DNA of 64,000 bases from Podarcis cretensis (lineage: Eukaryota): NCBI GenBank assembly GCA_951804945.1, contig OX638154.1, forward strand, positions 57,722,001-57,786,000, written 5' to 3'. Positions 1-11,600 of this stretch are shown here, piece by piece. The position numbers were made by a program, and so were the translations under genes. The notes below the pieces were generated by a model. That model had not been told where the DNA came from. It worked only from the letters and a program-made list of their open reading frames with translations, and searched no databases. Every line of letters begins with the position of its first letter. Position 1 is the stretch's first letter.

Positions 1-925
1 ATTCCTTACCTGTACATCCTCCCTCCCTCACTACAACTGGAGCCAGATATGAGGGCCCGCTTGCTTTGCTAATCCTGGCCCTGCCTATGCCCAACTGAAC
101 ACTACTTTTCTAATAAGAAAATGAAGAACACTTCATCCTTTGCTACGTTGTAATTTTTTTGTCTGAAAATACTTGTATGGCTTTTGAAATATGTTCTGAT
201 GTCATCCTCAAGAACCTTCCCTTATTTGGTTATATTGCGCCTTCAGATAGATAAAAGCTTGCATTTTTAGCACCATAACTAGTGCCACATTTGTCATTGG
301 GTTTAAAGACGATCTTGTCTTCTCTGCAGATCCATTGGAGGTATGCTTTATAAATGTCACAGTTACTGATACATGATGGTCCATTGTTCAGTAACAGAGA
401 AACCTTTATTCTGAGACAAAATTTCTGTTGATATTTGGAGGGATAAACTGAAGTAGAGAATCCTTGCAGTGAACTTAGTATACGTTAGGGATGAAGAACT
501 CTGAAGGGGGCATATTATTTCAAGGGCAATCTGTTAGGAGCCATATGTGAGCAGTGGGTGGGAAAAGAGCTCAAAGTGCATAGGGACACATGAAATTAGA
601 CTACGGGTCACAGATTCCCACCCCTAACCTAAATCTCTGAAGTAATATTCTCAAATCTGAAATATATCCATTAAGCATAATATATTCACTAAATTTATCT
701 TATTGTAATGTTAAATGTAGCCTGCCCACAGAAAATGGATCCTATACATATTTTTATACTGGAAACTTCTTTTTGGGAGGAGGTCTCCCTAATATTGCCT
801 GCCTTTGTGCTTGCTGAGAGACCACACAACCCTCTCTTCACTTCTGAGTTGTGGCTAGATGTGGGACTTTTGCATTACCAAAGCATCAATATTCATGACA
901 TAGGAGGCATAGAATTGTTCTGTTT

Positions 926-989
926 ATAGAATCAGAATTGTTGAGTTGGAAGGCACCCTAAGAGTTATCTACTCCAACCCCCTGCAATG
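926..989 (-). mobile_element. CR1/Squam3-type 3' tail fragment
   Basis: Reverse complement of CATTGCAGGGGGTTGGA...CCTTCCAACTC...ATTCTAT. Confidence 0.65.
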
Positions 990-1699
990 AAGACAGTGTC
1001 TATGAATCCTGTCCATATCCTCAAGCTATGCAAACTTTAAATAATCCACACACCAAGCAGTCCTCAATTATACATTCCCTGAATTTGTAATTGCTGTGGA
1101 AACCAAGGTGGAACAACTTTGTTCAGTGTTTCACAGCATAGTCACAGTGTACTACAAAGTAGTCCCTTTATCGCCATCATCCATTTATCCTCCTTTTAAA
1201 ATAGTCCCTGAGAATTGCTCTTAGCAGCCATGCAACAGGCAGAAACCATAGCTAAAGCCTTTCTTGCAATGATGGGAGTTTCAGACATGTCAGTTAATGA
1301 CATCAGGGGTCACCAGAGGAAGCATGTAAGTGAATGGCTAATGCAACAGCAGCCCTGCTTGGTAAGAGACAACTAGGGAAAACTGCTCTTTTTGGGGCAG
1401 GGGGTTTTAAATGTTTTCCTCCAGGAAGCTTAGAGCACAGGATAGCTTCTAATTATGTGTAAATTAGTTTTCTTCAGTTTCTTTCTGTGTTATTTTCCAA
1501 AAGCTGTCTTTAACTAAACAATTGTCTGCATGAAACGAAACTTCTCTTTGCCTATTCCTCCTGTACACTCATCATATTTACTCTGGTGGTTCTACTAATC
1601 ATCCAGATTAGATTTGGGGACAATGCTGGTGATGAGTAAGAAAAGAGAGCAAGAAGTTCCAATGTTCTCACAGAAATTGTTCCATGCACATAATGATTT

Positions 1700-2057
1700 A
1701 AAGGTAAAGGTACCCCTGCCCGTACGGGCCAGTCTTGACAGACTCTAGGGTTGTGCGCCCATCTCACTCAAGAGGCCGGGGGCCAGCGCTGTCCGGAGAC
1801 ACTTCCGGGTCACGTGGCCAGCATGACATCGCTGCTCTGGCGAGCCAGAGCCGCACACGGAAACGCCGTTTACCTTCCCGCTGGTAAGCGGTCCCTATTT
1901 ATCTACTTGCACCCGGAGGTGCTTTCGAACTGCTAGGTTGGCAGGCGCTGGGACCGAGCAGCGGGAGCGCACCCCGCCGCAGGGATTCGAACCGCCGACC
2001 TTTCAATCGGCAAGCCCTAGGCGCTGAGGCTTTAACCCACAGCACCACCTGCGTCCC
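1700..2057 (-). mobile_element. Sauria SINE, full length
   Basis: tRNA-like head (GGGACGCAGGTGG..., B box GGTTCGAATCC) on -, (ACCTTT)n tail, imperfect TSD aatgattta. Confidence 0.92.
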
Positions 2058-2186
2058 TACAAAATGATTTAGTTGGATACAATTCCAAATGAGTTGATAT
2101 TTTGGAAGGTTGCTGAGCATGCAATGGCTCGGTAACTTCAGGACCCATCATGTACTTTGTGCCTTTTGGCACAAACTAGGAGGCCT

Positions 2187-2504
2187 AGGATTTGCCGATC
2201 AGAAGGTCGGCGGTTCGAATCCCCGCGACGGGGTGAGCTGCCATTGCTCCGTCCCAGCTCCTGCCAACCTAGCAGTTTGAAAGCACATCAGAGTGCAAGT
2301 AGATAAATAGGTACCGCTCCAGTGGGAAGGTAAACGGCGTTTCCGTGCGCTGCTCTGTTTCGCCAGAAGCGGCTTAGTCATGCTGGCCAAATGACCCAGA
2401 AGTTGTATGCCAGCTCCCTCAGCCAATAAAGCGAGATGAGCGCCACAACCCCAGAGTCAGTCACGACTAGACCTAATGGTCAGGGGTCCCGTTACCTTTA
2501 CCTT
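2187..2504 (+). mobile_element. Sauria SINE, 5'-truncated
   Basis: GGTTCGAATCC B box, TGCAAGTAGATAAATAGG core, (ACCTTT)n tail, 10-bp TSD taggaggcct (2177-2186/2505-2514). Confidence 0.93.
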
Positions 2505-3429
2505 TAGGAGGCCTCTTAACTCAGATATGGTTCAGTAATGGAAATGATACTTTGATCATGGAGTAGTGTGCCTGTATGTTAATCCTCAGCATGGTGAATA
2601 CCAATGGGCAAGTTTAAAATAATAAATATATATCCATTGTCCCAAATTGATATGTAGGGCTTAGGTGCTACTGCAAGAGTTCTCGATCATGACTCTCACA
2701 CTACCTTGAGATGCAGCCTTTGTGCAGTTGCGGGCACTGGCGGGGGTTAAATGAGATGGCTTTTGAGTTGCTCTTTTCAGGATTGCTAACATTCATCACT
2801 TGATTGTGTGTCTGAAATTTTGATGATGATGCTGAGAAATCTATTGGGGTGGGGTAGATTTCCAGTCTGTGCCTGCAGATTCCTGGGAGGGAGGCCCCAG
2901 TGAGTAATGGTTGCTTATCTTTCCTGTGCCAAATTTGCAGCGTTTGCTCCTGTTTCCAATCCTGTTAAACAAGTATATGATGCTGCTGGGTGTCATCATT
3001 TCATCATCTGACTGACAAAAGAGCTCAGTATCACCACTTTTACATGCCCTAAGACCTGTATTATCTGTGTTTATTCAGTGGTTGGAACTAAAAGCAAGCA
3101 TACTGAAACTAAATTTAGGAAGACCAAGAATCAGTACCTTTGACATAGGGATTAGTGGAACACTGGTTTATAATTAATAGAGATGAACCTCCATTAGTTA
3201 GTTAGTTGAAGTATATGTGGCTCTATTGTGGTACCTAGAAATCAGGGTTTTAATGGTGATTAGGTGCTCTTTTGTCCAACACTAGCCAATGAGAAAACTG
3301 CTACCCTTTTGGGTTGATTCAGACCTTGTAGTACTTATGCATGTCTTCATAATTTCTTACCTGGTCACAGTAACATATTTTACTATGGGGCTGTTGAAGT
3401 TTGTAATCTGCCCCCTCCTCCATGTGTGA

Positions 3430-3498
3430 TATATATGTTTTAGTGTTGTTAGCCGCCCTGAGCCCGGCTTCGGCTGGGGAGGGCGGGATATAAATAAA

Positions 3499-3540
<42 letters not shown>
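3430..3540 (+). mobile_element. LINE (L2-type) 3' terminus with (TTA)n microsatellite tail
   Basis: gccgccctgagcccggc...gggagggcgggatataaataaaat(tta)n. Confidence 0.65.
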
Positions 3541-5523
3541 GTTGTAACATGACTGTACTGACAGACATCCCACCCCTGCTCCATTTCATAGGCTGCCACT
3601 TGTGGAGATGGGGGAAGCTTGACATCATACTGACATAATATCAAAATTTTATCTCTAGTTGTTATGGTGCCAGAGGGAAAAATGAGCTGTGAATCATACC
3701 TCAGTTTTAATGCTTAGTTCTAGCTTGAGAAGGCTGCTGGCTCTTGGCAGTCTCTAGGGATTCGTGATGTTTATCTTGGTTTTGTGGGCCTGTTCTGTCT
3801 ACAGTTCATCTATTCCCTCACTGGGTAATATGAACAACACTGTAATATTGCTTCCATAAATTGAACTGTCACTTAGCTACTACAAGGCTGCAATATTGAT
3901 GCAGTACCGCAATAAAATATGCACTGATAATTAAAAGGCTAAACATACCAGGATAAATCTGAATATTTGCAGTAACGTAAATAGCTGCTTTGATGTAATT
4001 GCTATGGCAAATGTGAATGTAACATTTGTTTACAGCATTTTGAATCTACGTAGTTTACTGACTTTTGGACCCATCTGTGTGAACACTCATACACTGAGCT
4101 TCATGATCAAGCAGTGATTTGACCCTGTGAGCTTTGCAGGACCTAGATGTGTGTTGTCTTTTTATTAATTACATATATAAACCTAACAGTATTAGAAGCT
4201 GCTTTTAATATTGTAGCTGCTCCTGCTACTAAAGCTTATGCCAGAATAAACTTGTTAATCTTTAAAGTGCCATAGGACTTTGTTATAAGCAGACTAGTTT
4301 CAGGATGCTTGAAGTGTGACCACATCCTTCCCATAGAAGTGTGGGCAGTATTTAGGAGTACACCAAACTCCTTCCTGGCTCACATATCACATGCTGATTT
4401 TTTCAGTTTCTTGGCAGAGTATTGACCTACTTCATCTGTGAAACAGACAGCTGTGAATCTTTGAGTTAGGGTGACTGGACTGGAGGCAGGCCAATGTTTC
4501 AGCATCTTTGCTTGCTTAACTGTGATTCTTCCCCCAGATATCTATTGCACTGAGTGAGCTATTTTGATTACTATATCTGTGCTTGATTCACTGAATGAAA
4601 ACAAAATTTCACCATTTGAATTATTGCCCACCTTTGCACTTTATTTACATACCCTTTTTTAAAAGACTTTTTATTGCTTAGAAGTGTGCAGATGTACTTC
4701 CAATAAACTCTGAAGATCCTATCAGTTTCAATTTTGACTCAGTTATCATTAAGAATAGCAGAATGTCAAAACCACAGAGGGCCTCAGCAAAGGAGGTACC
4801 TATAGTGCAGGACTTCTGATAGCATATTCATGCTGTACCTTCTCCACTTTCAGCTATTCCCAGACTGCAGCTTGTTTACTTTGTTCTGAGGCAGCTGTTA
4901 CCTTCATAGTCCCACCTCTTAATCCGCATGAACTGGTCTGGAATCCATGTTTCTTTCATGCTAGATTTGTGATATCTTGAATGCCGGAGCTTGCTTTTTA
5001 TGTATAGGATTTTTGGGATGCATTTAAAATGAAAGTAGAACTGCTGGAAATTACCATGTAAGTGAACTATGTAAAAACTAGCTCCATTCTCTAAAATAAG
5101 TAATATAATGTGGACTAGAAATATTATAGACAGGATGGGAGCATTGCAGCTGTCTGGCTGTCTTGTCATTTTATAAATGGAGGACCTTGAAGATGGCTTA
5201 AGATGGCTACAAGCACAAGTTGATAGCTATTGCTTGGGACATACTAGTATGGAATTGTGAATTATTTCAGTTTAACTAATATTCAGGAGTATTTCTACTG
5301 TAGTTGCCATTAAAAATGTGTTCGGATTTCAGTCAGGTACTTATTTTTCACAGTATCTTCAAACTTTCTCATTAGCTATAATGTAGGCTTGTCTCTCAGC
5401 AAGCAATTTTCATTTGATTAGCTTTGCTTAACTAACAGGACATTTTATTACTGACCTGGGATTGGTTTAAGTTTCCAGTTGTTTCTTTAAGGCCACTTAA
5501 GTATATTTTTAATACTCTTCCAG

Positions 5524-5600
5524 CTCGAGATGCTGATGAGAGAGAGAAATGGATTCATGCTTTAGAGGAAACCATCCTTCGTCATACTCTTCAGCTTCAG
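5524..5600 (+). CDS. OSBPL9: OSBPL9 exon 4 (PH domain C-terminal helix)
   Basis: ttccag|(G)CT CGA GAT...CTT CAG|gtgcgt; [26 protein letters not shown], 77 nt. Confidence 0.96.
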
Positions 5601-8600
5601 GTGCGTTAGTCGGTTTATGTTCTGCATAATACCTGTATAAAATGTAATCCATACTAATCTCTATTCCATGAGTGTAGATTTGTTCTTACATTTATTGTGA
5701 AATTAAACCATATGTCATGTCTCCATCTTGCAAATATAGCACCTCAGTTGATAAATTTTACATTTATTATTGCCGGTCTGTGAATGAGAAACCTTTGTAA
5801 CTGAACTGGAGATCTAAGAATACAATGACGGGAAGAGTCCTGTGATGATTGTTATGTGGACTCTACTCAACGACCTGTTCGCAGTTTTAATTTCTATTTT
5901 CTTTACCTGAAACAAAGCCTTGGATTTAAAAAATAACATAGAATGGAGGCAATGTTAAGATCATTACAGGAATCTTCAAGTCACTGCACCTCTGGATCTC
6001 CAGTTCATCCAAATAATGAACCTGTACTCTTTGCCAAAATTCTTGCTTATCAAGCATTGCATATGGTAGCATACAAAGAACACTGAACTATACAGAAACA
6101 TATCCCAACTCCTGTGTTTTTGTAGTGCATAATGATGGAGAAATTAGTGCTGTCTGCATATTGGCAGAAGGGGAAAGGGAACCAAACAAAACTAAACCTG
6201 CATATTCTTGCTTTGAAGCCTTTGCTATGTAAATATTCCTCCTGAGAATATTAGCCACTCCAAGGTGCTATCACAGAAAGGGATTGCTTTGGAGACACTG
6301 GCACCAACTATGGAGAACAGCAGGTGCACTTTAATATTGAAGCTATTGAGCAAATGCAGAGGCACAACTGTCTAATATTAATGGGCATCAATCATAGTGA
6401 CGTTTCAAGTGAGAAACGTCTGAAAATGGCAGCTTGGTAATGAAGCATGCTTTACTTGGGCTTAAGCTGCATTCAGGCCAGGTGATGTTTTCTGCTCCCC
6501 TTCCTTCTCATGGCTGCTCCGTGTGTCGCCCCCCCTCAAAAGGTGCTGGAAATCGGGGGAACTAGATTTTCCTATGGCCTCAGCCCCGCCTCATGCTATG
6601 GTGAAGATTCCTTTGACAGGGGCGGCTTTCCAGACTGTGTAAGGGGCTGCTGGGCGGAAAACCCCCGATGCGCAGAGTGGAGTTGGTCTTAGCCTGGATC
6701 CACGCCAGTGATACCTAGTTCCAAATAGTCAGGATTCGCAGCCCTAGCCTTGCAAAGGTTCTTAACTGCGTTTAGTATTCTGCAGAAACTGTGTACACGC
6801 TACGCTTAAACGTGGTGAAGGACAGTGAGCTACAGAAATCTAGGCGGATGCGAAAAGTTAGTCTTAGCATCTTAGCCATGCCTGCTCAGAAGTAAGTCCG
6901 CTCGTAGGTAAAACGGGGGTCAGGATTGCGAAATGGAAAAGAGCGATCAGCGCTGTAGCCAATAACAAGAAAGCTGCCGGAGGCATTTCAGATGATGCAA
7001 GAAGGCAGGGGGCGGGTGAAATATCCGGATGAGCCCGTGTCCTCCGTGGCGCTGCGCGTGAGGTTAGACTCCAAGCAGCCCACTGGGTAGTCAGTCGGTG
7101 CTGCGGCTTCCAAGGCAGCTCCCCTTCCAATCAGGGCTTCCTTTCAGCGCGTGGCGATTTGGTTTTCCTGCCCCGATTGCAGCCTTGCTGGGTGGAGGCT
7201 ACCGCTGAAGGCGGGAGATTCGCGGGACGAAGGATGCCCTCGAGAGAAAGCGGGAGGAAGCCGGCGGCGCCGGCTGGAAGGAAGCCGCCCGGTGTGTATG
7301 GCTATTATGCGTCCCCCTCTCAGTCGGTGCGCGGGGCGGGGGAGAGGAAAGGGCCGGGCTGAGAGGCACCTGACCCGCAGCCAATCGGGAGCCGCCCCGG
7401 TGCGAAGGAGAGGCTCGCTGCTTGCGAGCGGCGGGCTGGCGACGCGGCTTCCCTGCGGGCAGGGGGCCCAGCCGACGACAGACCCCGCCCGGCAGCGTGC
7501 CCGGGAGGGGAGGAAGCATGGCTTGCGTGAGTACGGCCGGGCGTTGGGGCGGCGCAGCGTCGACATTGGCAGGAGGGGGCGCCCTCGATCTCCGTCGGCC
7601 TGCGCTTACGGAGGCCTACCCGGACGCCTGGGTTCTGTGGTCGACCCCGTGTATAATCGGGGTGGGTGGGGAGGAGAGGGTGCGTGCTGCGAATCCCGCG
7701 GCCCTGAACCTGTACCTGCAGCCGGGGCCGGGGATCGCACGCAGCAGCTCTAGCCATTGATCGCTGGAGAGGAAGAGCGCGGCGCTTGTGTGCGCGCTAC
7801 ACCATGGGGCGCATTCACCCCCCCCCCCCCCCAGCAGCTCTGCCTGATTTCAGTCCGGCAGGCTCCATTGTCTGCCATTGGTGGAAGTGGCTAATTACTG
7901 TCACTGACTTTGCTGTTTAAAAACAAGCAGTTCCAGTTTGATCATCTCGACCGTGATATAGGAGATCGTTTCTAAAACCCACTCGATGGTTAGCCTAGTT
8001 CGTATTTCGGCTGCAGGAAACTTAGTTTTCATTTCTTCACATCCCATTGAAATCAGCTTCTTTCACAGTATGTAGGTTTGAGTTACATTGTATTTAGAAA
8101 AGGATTTCTATACCGCTGTGTCATAGAACATCAAGGTAGTGTACACTGTTAAAGCATACAACATTATTCAAATAAGAAGACATACTGAAATGCATGTTAC
8201 TTCCAAGAGGTCATAGAAACTTGGTCCTGTAGCTCAGAATGGACATGGAAGCCAATCTCTCCCGGTGATTAGATATGCTTCCCACAACTAAAGGATCTTG
8301 TGATCCTTCGTTCCTTCAGCATATGCCCAACATGTTTCCATGACTCTCTGGAAAGTGGGTGTATTTCTTTGCAGATTAGGAAAATTGGTACTAGAAACAA
8401 TGGCCAGAGGGTAGGCACTACAGTTGATGTGTAGACCCTGATATTTTTCTAAAGAATTTCAAGAGCCAAATACTTGCTGGTGAAGCAACGTTGGGCAGGT
8501 AGCATTTGTAGTGTATTTCTTGTAGTGGTCATGCTATGTCCTAAATGTTACATAATGTGGGGCAAACATCCCAGTTCATTTTAAGGATCATTCAGACTTC

Positions 8601-11600
8601 TACAGGAAATAACAAGGATCACATATCTAACAAGGATCACATACCTTTAGGCATTTCACAGGAAGGAAAGAGTAACAAATGTACAGGATGCCCAAAGGGA
8701 CTCAAGCACTGTTCTGTGGCCATTTTGATCATTCAGTGTGCACTTCTGTGGTACTTCAGAGGGAATTTATGCATTTCAGAGGTCACAATCGGCTCTCATG
8801 TTCTGAGTGAGCTTATAAGGCCTCTTTTATATAACCTGGCCAGGTAGAAATGCTTTCTGATGAAAGCTGAGGTACTTAAATAGCCTAGTAATCATACTAG
8901 TTTAAAAAGGAATGTAGTGCAGAACTTGTAACATAATGCTAATAGCTTAATTACTTTTTTAATACCTCTAAGACTTGAGTATATTTAACTTCGTTTTCAT
9001 TGGAAATAATGCAAATGCTCACTGAAATACATAAAATGTAAATGAGTTAACTAACATTTAAAACTGAATGAAGTTTGTAGCATTTTATGTCATTTACATG
9101 CATGTGATAGATAGCTATGATAGAAGCACTGCACGTATTTCACTAGAGGTCACATTATTGTGGAAACAGATGCAGGGAAGTGAAAGAGTGACAGTTTGGA
9201 TTCTGTTAGGAATCTTCTGTTCCTCAAATATTTTTTGTTAAAGTATGCGTCTTCTAAAATTGCTTCTCTTAAAAGTGGAGGTTGCTTAGCATTTAAAACA
9301 CCTACGCTATAGCTTTTAAATTGTGAGAATTGAAGACATAATGAATTTCTGTTTGTCTACTTCTCATCCGCAATCATAAAACCTAGAAATTTTAAACACC
9401 CTCCATGTAATTCCTAACAAGGGATCTTGACATAGTGAATTATAGATTTACATGTATCAGTTCATGTGCTTGATGTTCTGTCCAAAGTGTGCCTTTCTAG
9501 TTGGCAATAACTTTTTAAGCCTTATATCCATTTCGGAAGGGACGTAGGTGGCGCTGTGGTCTAAACCACTGAGCCTCTTGGGCTTGCCGATCAGAAGGTC
9601 AGCGGTTCAAATCCCCGCGATGGGCTGAGCTCCCGTTGCTTGGGACCAGCTTCTGCCAATCTAGCAGTTCAAAAGCACACCCAAAGTGCAAGTAGATAAA
9701 TAGGTACCGCTCTGCGGGAAGGTAAACGGTGTTTCTGTGTGCTCAGGTTTTGGTGTTCCATTGTGACAGAAGGGGCTTAGTCATGTTGGCCACATGACCT
9801 GGAAAAACTGTCTGTGGACAAACACTGGCTCCCTCAGCCTGTAGAGCGAGATGAGCGCTGCAACCCCAGAGTCGTCTGCGACTGGACTTAAGTGTCAGGG
9901 GTCCTTTACCTTTACCTTTTTATCCATTTTGGAGGAGGATAAGAGAGGCTGTTTAAATGAAGTAAATGAAAAAGCAGGAAAAAAGCAGAGGTGTGGAAAT
10001 ACCCTTTCTTCTTTATTCATCTGTGGTCACAATCCAGTGTAGATTTTCAGCACAGTCTTGTGTGTGTTTATCCTGGGGATATGATCTATTGAACACTGCG
10101 GGACTTCTTTCAGAGTAAACACGTATAGGCTTGAACAGTTGAGCTGCTCTGGATTGTTGCTTCTATTTCTATTATTTGAGAATTCATTTGTAAGGCCTGG
10201 TTTTACAAGGAAACTTTAGTTGGGAGAGTATTGGATGCTTCACCTTAGTAACAAGTTTGCTGTGATGTGGCTTACATAGCAAAATAGTTAACCTCACAGG
10301 AACATAATATTTAGGCTTTAGAATAGTGCTAGGAGACCCCTAGTCCTCGCAGTGAGTTAATCATTTCACTATGCTGACATATATCTGTAGGAATAATATA
10401 ATGTTCTAGCCTTTTTCATTCTTTAAAGTGTATCTAGGCAGGTTATTCCATGGTTTTGAAATTTGCCCAGTTCAATCTTGCAGCTAATGAGGTGCTGTTC
10501 TGTGTGTTCTGTAAATATGTTCAAATGTAATGCATTTCTCTTACATAGGGTGTGGATCCTGGATTTGTTCCCAGTGTCCAAGATTTTGATAAAAAACTTA
10601 CAGAAGCTGATGCTTATCTACAAATTTTGATAGACCAATTGAAGGTATGTTGAACTTGCTATTGTAACCGGACTTACAATAATCTAGTAAAGATGCACTT
10701 TGATTTCTCCCTAACCTCCATGGTATAAATGGGTTATGAAAGATTGTCATCATTGAAGCTCATTGATCCATGTTTTCGCTAAGTAGTTAGATGGGTTTCA
10801 GAAATTTAACAGCAGTTCCTGCTAAAAGACTATAGGGCGGGCATGTCCAAAGTCCATTTTGGGGGCATAATCCGGCCTGCCAGTCGGTTTAATCCGGCTC
10901 CTGTGGTAGTTTATTTCCTGGGGTAAAATCCTAACTAAACTTAAAAAACCCCTCAATAACTTCAATCCTTAAAAAAGGTTAACAAGTTTGGTTGGCTCTT
11001 TGGTTGGCCCTCACGGGCCTTCACTTCATCAAATCTGGCCCTTTTTGAAAAAAGTTTGGACACCACTGGCTAGGGAGTCTGGATGAAGATTTCAGTATTC
11101 AAGTTCTTCATTCCTAACTTGTTCCTTAGAACAGTGAAACTAAGCTAGGAGCGATAAGTAGCTTGAATACAATCTAATTTGTGTCGTGCAATCTTTAAAT
11201 TGTACAATACTGAATTAAAACTAAAAATCAGGCAAAACCTAAAATTTCCCAGTCATCTATGACACAAGTCAACTGTAGAGACTTGGATCACAAGCATACT
11301 TGAAATGGTTTCAGTTTTTTGGTTTTTTTGTACTGTTTATTATATATATTAGGAGAGGGAGAGAGTAAATGTTGCCCTTGTGATTTATCCTTGATATGTT
11401 TAACATATTTAATCTTTGAAATGGGGTAAGCATTTGAGAAGTAAAAATATGTGCAAGAGAGGTTCTGTTTTGCATGCCTTGAAGGCTTAAAGCTTATTCA
11501 ATCATTTACAGAGTGGTGGCTAGCCTGTAACCTTCTAGATGCTGTTGGATTCCAACTGGCACCATCCCTGATCTTTGGCCATGCTGGCTGGAACTGAAGG

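Noticed and set aside
1751-2426. ORFs of 61-75 aa, also seen near 9851 and 53293
   Set aside because: Read-through of Sauria SINE sequence; SINE and Squam3 tRNA-like heads are not tRNA genes
4538-4553. 16-nt candidate microexon (cccccag|...|gtgagc)
   Set aside because: Weak donor context, frame-shifting, no other support
6500-6710. Possible hAT element end (ggatccacgccagtg)
   Set aside because: Matching left end and TSD not found
6878-6897. gccATG CCT GCT CAG AA|gtaagt as a second alternative first exon
   Set aside because: Out of frame with exon 5, at the island edge, and the motif resembles a common repeat fragment
6864-7760. Cluster of 67-200 aa ORFs on both strands
   Set aside because: Arg/Gly/Pro/Ala-rich products of stop-poor CpG-island sequence; no recognisable domain
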